Shown here piece by piece: positions 49,301 to 59,068 of a stretch of 64,000 nucleotides of DNA; positions within the stretch are counted from its first letter, which is position 1; each line of letters opens with the position of its first letter. The notes below the pieces were generated by a model. That model had not been told where the DNA came from and searched no databases. It saw only the letters and a program-made list of their open reading frames with translations. The translations under genes were made by a program, and so were the position numbers. The stretch is from Lingula anatina. Lineage: Eukaryota; Animalia; Brachiopoda. Location of the stretch: positions 7,746,587 to 7,810,586 of the forward strand of contig CM120648.1 in NCBI GenBank assembly GCA_051362555.1. The letters run 5' to 3'.

Positions 49301-52300
49301 CACACTGTAGAATAAAATAGCATACATTTGAATAGATACGATGAGAGAATGTGTTTCTTCAGCTAAATAATTACTGATTCCGATGTGTTATTGACTTGTG
49401 TTTTATTGTCTCTCTATATAGTGACTCCCTATACAAAAAGAAAAGGTGTAAACTACGGTATATTAACAAATGTATATACTACATTGTATAATGCCATTGG
49501 ATAAAACAGCAAATACGTTTGACTTCAGTATAGCTCTGCTCTACAGTTGGGTAGCACTCACCTTTTTCTCTTATTGCATTCTCGTGACTCTCTGTATAAA
49601 ATAGAAATGTAAAAATATGAAGTACCTCAAAACTATACATTCATAACAGTATTTATGTATTACTTTATACACACAAAATTCACAATAAAACTGGCATATA
49701 CAAGGAACTGCAAAAGCAACACATATATACAGTGATATATACAAATATCAAAAATATACAAAAGAAGCATAATATTCGCAAGAGTTAAAGGTGTTAAAAA
49801 GAAAATAGTATACATGTATATTAATGGATCTGATGTGAGAATGCGTTTCTGAGCTCATATGTACATACTGCATTACACGGAAAAAACAGTAAATATCAGT
49901 ACGTCTCTGTTGTGCAATTTGGAGACACTCACCTTGTTCTGCTGTAGGTGCGTTGTCTGTATAAAAATAGAAATGTAAAAATACAAAGATCCCCAAAAAA
50001 TTTTACTTTATACTTTATACATACAAAGTTTACAATTAAACAGATATATACAAGGATGTATGCAGTGATACTCAAAAAATACAAGTTACAAAACCCGTAC
50101 AAGTTAAACACACTGTAGAATAAAATAGCATACATTTGAATAGATACGATGAGAGAATGTGTTTCTTCAGCTAAATAATTACTGATTCCGATGTGTTATT
50201 GACTTGTGTTTTATTGTCTCTCTATATAGTGACTCTCTATACAAAAAGAAAAGGTGTAAACTACGGTATATTAAAAATTTATATACTACAATCGTATATT
50301 GCCATTGGATAAAACAGCAAATATGTTCGACTTCAGTATGGCTCTGTTCTGCAGTTGGGAAGAACTCACCTCGTTCTACGTTTAATGCGTTCAAGTACTT
50401 CTCTATATAAAAAAAAAGAAATGTAAAAATACGAAGTACCTCAAAACTATACATACATAACAGTATTTATGTATTACTTTATACATATAAAATTTACAAA
50501 AAACTTGCATATACAAGGAACTGCAAATGCAACAGATATATATACAGTGATATATACATATATCAAAAATATACAAAAGAAGCATAATATTCGCAAGAGT
50601 TAAAGGTGTTAAAAAGAAAATAGTATACATGTATATTAATGGATCTGATGTGGGAATCCGTTTCTACAGTCAAATGACTAGCACGATACACAAAATTTAA
50701 TACACACGATCATTCGTAAAGATGTTGGATACCCACCTTTAGGCATGAATTTAAATGGAAATGTGTATTTTTCTGGAAAAGAATACATTTCCGTTAATAT
50801 ATAAAGCACTGAGAACACTTTACGCCTTTAACGCATTTCAATGCACAGCTGTTTCTGATGTCATGCAGGACTGCATAACATTGATACATATTTCTCTCAC
50901 TGATATGCTGAAAGATTTTTATGATTATTTAAAACCTGCATTAATAAAATATGGAGTCGACAAATAAAGGTGTTCACTTTAGCTTAGTTATAATTTTTTC
51001 GATCAAAAAAAAGACTGAATAAAATGAAATTGAAAAAAAAACTAATTATGTTGTTGTTATTTGAGAGAGGAAAAGAAAGTAAATTGAATACCATTAAAAC
51101 AGCAAGACTCTACCTGTACGTCATAAGGACGACCGCACACGAACCAATGCAAAGTTCGTTGTTGCATAGAGCAGTGGAAATATACAATTACAAATATACT
51201 GCATAAGATTCAACAATGTGTATTTGTGTATGTTTCTGCGCCAACTTTGTTTAATTTAATTAGAGTTCATAAACATTTACTTACTGTAACGCCGACAGTA
51301 GTAAATCCATGGGATGCACCACTCAACAAAACCTAAAAAAGACAACATATACAATAGACTAAAAAGTACTTTTATAGCCGATTGTTTGCTTTAATAATTA
51401 ACGGTTATTTAAGTACATGTAAATTACAAGTATGAAAGGTTGCGATTAGGAAAATTCATTACTAAACCATTTACAAAATTAAAATTGGGTAATATTTTTT
51501 AATCTTTCGGGTAATAGTACTGGGACATTTGCAACCATTTTTGCTGGATATAATGCAAATGCATTTTCGAATGAAGTTCCACGTGCTATTTCACAATGAA
51601 AACTTACAGACAACCAAACCTATAGCAATCCCAATACCAATCCAATGCCCAATTTTGTTGCCAGTAGGTTCGCTGAAAAGCAAAAAGTAATTTTATGTCT
51701 CCTCATTAATAGCATATTCACAAAATTGCATTAATATTGTCATTTTCATTACATTTCATTACAGTGAAATAAATTAAACTAAACTAAACTAAACTTAAAC
51801 ATTAAGCCAGCCAAAGGATAAGTAAATGACAAACACAGATATATAGTGTTCGAAATTTGGCCGGTAGCGGCCGCTTTTATTGAAAGGTCCCTCTATTAAA
51901 GGATGGTGATAGATATTATATAGCATTAAATAATGTTAATTAGTTAAAAATTACGTAATGTTATCTCTTAAAAATAAATATCAAAACAAATAGTGCAAAT
52001 GTTTTCATTTGTGGGGTTGCAAAGAGGCCGAAAAAATTTTCCAGCGAGGCGCAACTTGTATAATCAAAGTTGAATGCTATGCTCTCCGCAAAGAACTTAA
52101 GCAAAGTGAGGCCGAGTAGCAGTGTTTACTGAATAAATGCGGCAGTGCATGCCTAAAAGAGAGTCCCGGTTTTAGTGCAGCAAATTTCAGCAAAAGTGAC
52201 GCTTCAAAGCTGCCGGGTCTCCCCGATGGACAGATAAATTTCAAGGAGCTTAATACAGTGAATTCCAGATGCCAATACCTTGTTTACGCTCCTAACCTGG

Positions 52301-55300
52301 TAATACCAGATTCCGTTTCCCCCCGCTAATGAAAGTTCGCAACGGCCCATGAAAACAATTAAGTTAACCGTCGCCATAAAACATCGTTTGTCTACGCCAA
52401 ACTTCCCTTTGTGATCAAATGTGATAACAAAGTGTATCGGTATTTGATACATCCGATAAGAAATAAATGCTACGATTACACCAACTCTCACAAATAATCC
52501 GGCATATAACAGTTAAGGAAATATACATGGTTAAGACAGAATGAGCCAAGATATCGAATATTCATCACCATTTTTTTTGTTTGTTCCTAATTTATAATAA
52601 TAAAATATTTATGGGCTCTGTATACAATGAATATTTTCTTGTACAAAAATAATACTAATTTCATTTCGTGTCATATCCGTTAGCAAAGGTCCCATGTCCA
52701 GTATGTTACAGTCATATGCATTTTGGTACCAAAACGCCAAAGACGGGTTCAAAGTTTTCGTATAATTTACCATTAAAATTATTGTAAAACCTGGTCGAAG
52801 AACTTAAACACCGTTTTTCTTTGAATTGCTGTTACCTTTGGTTTTATCTCTATGTGCATAAAATGACATAAAATAATAATGGATTTTTACTTTCAACGCC
52901 AGTAACTCTGCACAGAGCTAGATCACAATTTGCAGATACCGTATTGTAATTTATACATCTTCAACAAGTATGAATTTCCATGATGATCAAATGGACAGGT
53001 ACATGTACATGTTATGATAAGTCTTTCAGAGCGACACGGCTAACTCTGTTGGGGGTGTGAATTCAGCGTAACAAAACCTTTCAAACAGGTTAGGGTCTCG
53101 GTACGTTAAAAAGGTCTATAGTCTGAAACAAAGATCTCCCCGTTTCCTTATGAGAAATACTGATTTTAAGAATTCATTGAATATAACATCCTTTAATGCA
53201 CGCCTCCCCTTTTATGCTTATTCACCACCCCATCTGCTTTTGCACATAAGGTGACCAATTGTTGTTAATATTTGTAGCCAAAGTTCGCTGGTTTGTAGTA
53301 TGGCGTGAGAAATAGATCGGCCTCTGACGTAACTCCGTAACTAAATTAGATATTGTCATGAAAATCGGCATGGTTGAGGAACTTGTGTGTAAACGATACT
53401 TTGTACTGGTGCCAGCATTTGGATTTAATTCTTTTGTGTAGAAGGTATCCCCCCTCTTATCAAGACATTCCATTGAACAAAGGCGTTATGTTTCGTTTCT
53501 TTGCTGATAAAATTGAAAGTAAACCTTTCAAAAGAATGTCCTGGCACCAGATTGTAGTAACTGATGCTCTGAATAAAATGGTGTTTAAACGTTTTTTGTT
53601 GTTGGGATAACTGTTAAGAATCAATGTTATCAATTTGCACCCAAAACGCTTCTCAAATTCACACCGATGTATTTCTAATGCGATTGTATTTTCACATAAC
53701 AAGACACCAATTTCCACATTATCCAAGCAGACAAAGAACATTTTAAGTATCGATCTCCATTGACAGGACAAAATAACAATAAAGATCCCGATGGATTTTC
53801 CTTTTATCGTATTCTTTCGTTCAAAACGGTCAATACCCTATGGTAGACTGACATTTTTTTTCATAACATGTCAGGAAATTTTATTTTTTGTAGCAAATTC
53901 ATATGTTGCAATTGAAGACATGACATAATTGCTGCCATTGTGTGTGAATGTCTGACATTTAATCTGTATACCTATTATATGACGTTGATGTGCAACTTTT
54001 CCGCGGTTTGCTTCGGGCTGTGACCCTTGCACGACCCCGTAACGACAACGGAAATTATGTAAATCCCACTGTTTTGGCTGTTTTCGGCGTTTGTCGGAAA
54101 AGTTGAAATATTAATAAACTATATACCTACCACGCACACGTACAATTAGGGTTAGGAAGCGGCTTGCAGTGTTTGTCTTCGTCGAAATGCTCAACATATT
54201 GGCCATTCTCTGAAGCAAAAAAATGTCAAAATAACCCAAGTGTATGTAAGTTATCCTTAGCTATTAATTATCATTATCCATTCGAACATATTATGAGAAA
54301 TCAAACAAGCAAACAAACAAACAAACAAATAAATAAATAAATAAATGTTGTGAACGACTGACGCATGTGTAAATCTTTCCCTCTGTCTAAGACTAGTAGT
54401 AAGTGATATTTCCAACACTTGAATGTGCATAAAGTTGTTACACAGACAGACGATAATCAAATAAAAACGTTTGATAAATAAATAACATGCTTACTGTCTT
54501 TTATGTGTGGTTCAGTTCCTTCTGGACATTGCTTGCAACCACAAGCTTGGCCTTTCTCCCAACATCGTTTCGGTCTTATTGGTGCAAAACGATTGCACTC
54601 ATCACACCAGCATTTGTTATTCTAAATAATAATAATAAAAAGAAGAAGAAGAAGAATGTACAATCTGAAACTTATCATATCCAATAGACTTAACAATGTA
54701 AACTACAAATACAAATTACAAAAAATGAAAAAAAATGACTGAAAATAAAATGTTGAAAACTAAAAAGAACATAATTATTTTACGGTATAATATAGGCAAG
54801 AATAAGGCGGGCGAATTTGAATAATTTGATGAAAGATGTGATGACCTTCGCCATTAAAGCAAATAATGCAAATAAAATTAGAAAGTCCAATATTTAATGT
54901 GAGGCAATTTCACGCGAGGAATTTTACGTGTGCAAATGGTCGTTCAACCATTCATATTCAATACCGTGTATACCCCATCTTCTGGGGCACCGACCTCTCC
55001 CTTCCCCAGAAAACAGTACATTGAACAAAACAAGCTACACCAAACAGTTATCCTGCATATTGTAGTAAGATTATCCTCGTTTTCTTTTTTGTCCACTATT
55101 TTATGTGTTTCCGGCTTCGTTCTGCTTTTTAATCATTTAGCAACTCTATCTTTCCTTAATAACAAAGGATTGACCTGCCAGTGTATATTTGAGGCAATTG
55201 AGATTTAAACTTCAAAATATGTTCAAAGCTTTTTTATTTTAAATAAATATGACAACCTAAAAGAACGAAACTAGAATCACAAGACTTAATCAATCAATCA

Positions 55301-56653
55301 TAAGATCTGCCTCAGAATATACATTCCTCTTTTGGGACCAGGGCTAATTTCAGAGCAATCTAAATTTATTGAATCCATCTATAAAAAGAGCTCAAAGGAT
55401 CATATACCCAGCTTTTTTGTCATCAGTATATGCCCTACAGATAAGGGAATACTCTATAAGCGACTTTATTTAAGTGAAAATTCAGAACAGGGATAAGCCA
55501 TTCCTTGCATAAAAGGCTACAGCCATTCTGCGTATAACAAGCAATCAATGTAAAGTCCCTACAGTTAAAACTGATTCATTTAAGAAACATTTCTTAAACT
55601 ACTGTATCTTTAATTTCAAGTCCCTTTAACTTTTTAAAGTGAAACATATTAGTTTTAATATACAAGGCCTGACCTAAGTTTATTTTAAAATTGCAATAGT
55701 CAAAACTACCTGTAAACGTTTTTTAAAAGAACTTATATAAATTATGTTTTATATTTTAACTCCCTCATTAGAGTATTAATTAAGAACATATTTAGTTTAA
55801 AGTCTTTTTAAAGTTAATTAAGTTTGATTTTCTTTTAACATTGTACAACTAAACCCTCGAAATGCAATTCAACTGAATAAAATATTATTGTTTTTATATC
55901 ATTTTTAAAGTATAGTTATGTTAGAAAATTGAGCATGTGATATATCACAAACAAAAAATTCTGAAGGACAAGTTGAATTTGTGAGTCTTAACTTAAAACA
56001 CTAGTCAGCACGATGTGCTCAATACACTGCAATTACCTGTGTCTCATTTCCAGCTCGAATGATATATTGTCCTTTATCGGAGCACGTTCGCAGTTTCTCA
56101 CATTTCGACCCAAGAGAAAATTCTCCTGAAAAGGAACACATTTTGCTACAAAAAGGAGATTTAAGATGTGATAGTTGTGACACACTAACACTCTTGCAGA
56201 AGTCACGGCTTGTCTTTAATTTGATAAACCTTACAATGACAGGCCAATGCACGTACCCCTTCACATACAAAAACGAATATGTTGACATCAAGGATCTAAT
56301 TGATAGGTTTTAATGTTCGATGAATTGGGATAACTTGGCAGGATATGTAGACATAGAATATAAGTACAAATATGACTGTTGGACATTTTCTAGCGTGGAT
56401 TTCATACAGACTTTTAGGTTTCGAAAGTGTGTAAAAATATTATATGAAGATCAGTTGTTCCCATGCGTCATCCATAGTCTGCCTATTAAATCAATATCAT
56501 CAGTTTGTCAAATAATTAAAGGACGATGATTTGTAGAAAAATGAAAACGATTTACCTGCACAACAAGTGTCGCTACATTGCCGTGGAAATCTAACCCCAG
56601 CAATGACAGCGATCAGCACCTTTCAATGCAAAAAAAAAAAAACAATATAAAGA

Positions 56654-56693
<40 letters not shown>

Positions 56694-57691
56694 ACATATA
56701 TGTAATTAGAACATACAATGGCAGCAACCACACTAATAAAAATAATAGCATATAAGTTGAAGAGAGAGCCCTGTTTATTTAGCAAAATTGACGTATGTGT
56801 AAACACCCCGACTGTTTGTCTGTAAGACCTTTCATCTGTGCACTACTTTAATACTACTATATTACTTTTGCACATATCATAGAATAAAGAAAGCTCTACA
56901 GAACTTACCGTATAGAAATATAGAAAGAGCATACCGTTAACATGCAAGCAGTCACTTTCCACGCGCGGTGATTCATTTATGTACATGTACACACACTGGA
57001 CAATAGAAGTTTCACCCCTACTGAACCAATACTTAAATAACTGTGGAAAGATATGCTCCTAGTATAATTTTATTAACATCAAATTTCACAAAAGAAACGG
57101 TTCTAACTGAACAAATCAACTGTATCGATATTTTGACATTGCTTATATTCCGCCTCTTCAGGTTAATAACTTTGATTACTCTGATGCAGGGGGTGACACT
57201 TCTATTGTCCAGTGTGTGTACATACACATCATGAGTTTCAAAGAAGTGCTACACAGTTTGCATCAGGCATCAGAGGGTAGCTGAGGATTTATGTTATAAC
57301 GAAGGTGAGCAGGCGTATCAACAGTAAACAGTTGTATTGATTAATATTTCAGTTTAGAATGAAGATATGTAAAACAAAAGGAATAAAACTGCGACAGATT
57401 GACCTAATTTTTTGAGAAACAAAGAAGCGGCTAATGACATGCAAAAAGACACAGAATATCCACTACAGAAGTTGATCCGCAGACTAACAGATCCTCGGAT
57501 CAAAATGTCTTACCCACTTAAAAGCTTACCCATCAATCCGTGCAGGAAATATTCCCAGTGTCTTTTGGGGGATCAGACGACAAGCTTCCAAGTGGGCCCG
57601 CAATGTCTGATCTAAAGATATGTTTGTCTGCGGATCAACATATGGCCATATACACACTTACCGCTAAGAGGACATTCCGATAAGTGGCCAT
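25331..57691 (-). CDS. TNF receptor superfamily-like type I membrane protein, no death domain, micro-exon-encoded repetitive cytoplasmic tail (up to ~33 coding exons, ~448 aa)
   Basis: Minus-strand exons: 57691-57662 (MATYRNVLLA), 56619-56556, 56125-56037, 54621-54495, 54209-54131 (Cys-rich ectodomain), 51672-51608 and 51332-51285 (TM), 50772-50737, 50402-50370, nine 24/30-nt exons in 49956-46721, 46553-46509, 46048-46019, 39897-39861, 38373-38338, 36681-36646, nine 33-nt exons in 34671-27193, terminal 25385-25331 (GPGAVGGGDTRDDSKNSK*). All GT-AG with compatible phases. The 3' half is less certain than the ectodomain and TM. Confidence 0.7.
26313..26760 (-). pseudogene. Tc1-like DDE transposase remnant
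   Basis: 'SPDGNPIENMWDELGRAI...NLDELRDALQDEWTRIP...LVHSMPRRL' plus frameshifted upstream 'NLNAARCRDVLQQNLKPF...FRLQHYN' match the Tc1 C-terminal half. Confidence 0.85.
26750..36120. repeat. Complex modular tandem repeat (MITE-containing, ~4.1-kb higher-order period) carrying 33-nt minus-strand micro-exons
   Basis: The core GTCCCCTCTTGAAATT occurs about 11 times. Near-identical ORFs recur at 27118/31178 and 27607/31701. A block with acceptor, 33-nt exon and gtaaat donor recurs 9 times, plus one 32-nt copy. Confidence 0.88.
36060..39585. repeat. ~1.7-kb tandem duplication (two copies plus a partial third), each full copy with a 36-nt minus-strand micro-exon
   Basis: 36060-37735 aligns by eye with 37735-39425, and the start recurs at 39425-39585. 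Exons 38373-38338 and 36681-36646 have catatttcag acceptors and AG|gtaaat donors. Confidence 0.85.
40365..40702. mobile_element. Non-autonomous TTAA-flanked TIR element (Kolobok-like), copy 2
   Basis: ttaa-AGGGATAATAACTGTTCG ... CGAACAGTTATTATCCCT-ttaa; internal sequence is a diverged reverse complement of 11512-11857. Confidence 0.75.
41100..41830 (+). pseudogene. Highly degenerate Tc1-like transposase remnant
   Basis: Frameshifted fragments resembling RRP...KHRRL, VFF.IEVRFHLY, IRVYRHP.E, MWSG...KT and SKSPYLNHIDN occur in Tc1 order. Confidence 0.6.
42907..44688 (+). mobile_element. Non-autonomous PIF/Harbinger element with HARBI1-like N-terminal remnant
   Basis: TIRs GGCCCCGTATGTACAAAACATC (42907) and GATATTTTGTGCATACGGGGCC (44688) with subterminal TAAG-rich repeats. 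Internal 43150-43310 encodes frameshifted 'RPRIFRDRKN...YPDHEIYQRFCFD..GILFITDLLE', typical of Harbinger nuclease N-termini. Confidence 0.75.
46715..50660 (-). repeat. 808-bp tandem array (~4.8 units), each unit carrying two phase-1 micro-exons of the TNFR-like gene
   Basis: ORF-track duplicates recur every 808 bp (47324/48132/48940/49748). 24-nt exons at 49956-49933, 49148-49125, 48340-48317, 47532-47509, 46744-46721. 30-nt exons at 49591-49562, 48783-48754, 47975-47946, 47167-47138. Each has a polypyrimidine-acag acceptor and a G|gtgagt donor. Confidence 0.9.
51285..51672 (-). CDS. TNFR-like transmembrane exons
   Basis: Exons 51672-51608 and 51332-51285 give EPTGNKIGHWIGIGIAIGLVVCFVEWCIPWIYYCRRY(KK): a hydrophobic helix followed by basic stop-transfer residues; both donors are gtaagt. 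Confidence 0.8.
54131..57691 (-). CDS. TNFR-like signal peptide and cysteine-rich ectodomain exons
   Basis: MATYRNVLLAVLIAVIAGVRFPRQCSDTCCAGEFSLGSKCEKLRTCSDKGQYIIRAGNETQNNKCWCDECNRF...CWEKGQACGCKQCPEGTEP...HCKPLP. The 'C..LRTC...G..II.AG..T.N..C.C' and 'CKQCPEG' segments are typical of TNFR cysteine-rich domains; start context aaaATGG. Confidence 0.8.
56655..56692. repeat. (ATT)n microsatellite in TNFR intron 1
   Basis: Directly visible trinucleotide run. Confidence 0.85.
57471..57639. repeat. Inverted repeat / MITE-like element about 20 nt inside TNFR intron 1
   Basis: GTTGATCCGCAGACTAACAGATC ... GATATGTTTGTCTGCGGATCAAC. Confidence 0.6.
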
Positions 57692-58170
57692 TTTGAAATA
57701 AGGGATTTAGAAGCCGGAAGAAGTCCACTCTAGTACTTTAATGTCGCAAAACAAATCTGAAAAAGACGCACGAGGCCTTTATATTAACCATTTTCAGTCA
57801 AAGCAAGCTGTTGATAATGCTTGAGGATGAGTATTTTTTTAACATTCTCTTTGTAAGCTGACAATATGGCTTATTATTATTTAAATATCCAAAGTGTGCA
57901 CATGTACCAAGAGGAACAAAATCCCAGCTGCACCAAGAATTAACCCTACTTATAGCCCTATTTCGGGAACTAAAAGACCATGTAATCTACGTTATTTGGG
58001 TAAATTTGGGTAAATGAAAACATTTCTTCAATAAATGTCCTCGCTACGACAGCATCAGAAACTGTATCTTTCTAGAAATTTCAAGCTATAACCTAAGTGA
58101 GTTAAACAAACCCCCCTTCATTTTAAGATGCCCCGAGAAACGCTAGTCTTAGCACCTGTGAGCCCATTCA

Positions 58171-58372
58171 GATCCACAGGTCAAATATGGCGGACCCTAC
58201 ATGAAAGAAGAGCCGTCTTATCCGCTGACGGTCTCCCTGCCTCCACATGCGCCATTAAACGGATTAAATCACAGCTCCGTAGCTAGGCAGGCACGTGTGA
58301 ATGTGGGTAGACAATCAGCAGATTAGTCGGCTCTTCTTTCATGTAAGGTCCGCCATATTTGATCTGTGGATC
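58171..58372. mobile_element. Inverted-repeat MITE-like element in the TNFR/TNF intergenic region
   Basis: GATCCACAGGTCAAATATGGCGGACCCTACATGAAAGAAGAGCCG ... CGGCTCTTCTTTCATGTAAGGTCCGCCATATTTGATCTGTGGATC; arms about 45-60 bp. Confidence 0.7.
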
Positions 58373-59068
58373 AGAAGATCCAAGGATCTTCTGTTCTGAC
58401 TTAGGACTCTCTAACTACCCCGATACCCAGTACTTTTCACACCGCGTATATATACTTACAGTCTGTAGGGCGACTTTTCAAATGTATGATGGAAATATCG
58501 AGACGCTTCCCAATTCATGTAGACTTCGTCACTTCCTTAGTTACCTAAGGTGAATCAATAGCCCCACAAACAAACAGGATTCCACTAAACAATTATTAAT
58601 ACTAGTCGACAACAATGACTACTGCATATATTGCATATACGTCACGTGTTGCCTATTCACGACAATGATTGGATTTGTTTTTCAGTATTTGTGCTGAGGA
58701 AGAAAGGGGGCCATATGTTATTGTACATTCATTTCTAATGCATTTAGCTTTGATTGTGTAGGTCTTGATTGAACAGGTGACTGCATGGGGTCACGCTTTA
58801 GGGTCTGATACAAAGCGCTGCTTATATTTCCACTGCTGACGACCTAGTTTGAATACTCAAAAGAAAGTGACCTGGTAAAACCCAAGCGTATCGCATCGAA
58901 GAGAAATAAAAAAAAAAAAACAGGTGCATTTAAATGATGAAGACACGGCGCGGCTTATGTTCGCTTTCGAAAAGAGCTCTTGTGACAAAGTTCCAAATGC
59001 GTATCTCTGTAAAAGAAATGTAACTTGAAAGCAGCATTTGACGATAACGAAGCCCTTAAAAATTCCCG

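Noticed and set aside
47324-50630. Repeated 68-91 aa ORFs (MGIFVFLHFYFY..., MYAILFYSV...) as independent small genes
   Set aside because: They are read-throughs of AT-rich intron sequence; only the short splice-flanked micro-exons are plausibly coding.
51114-51198. Possible extra TNFR exon (IFVIVYFHCSMQQRTLHWFVCGRPYDVQ)
   Set aside because: Its phase (2->0) is incompatible with the flanking phase-1 exons, and the donor is weak.
52204-53771. ORFs 52204-52491, 53222-53473 and 53460-53771 as additional ectodomain exons
   Set aside because: No recognisable motifs or phase-compatible splice pairs. Exon 54131 joins 51672 in frame without them, though a missed small exon cannot be excluded.
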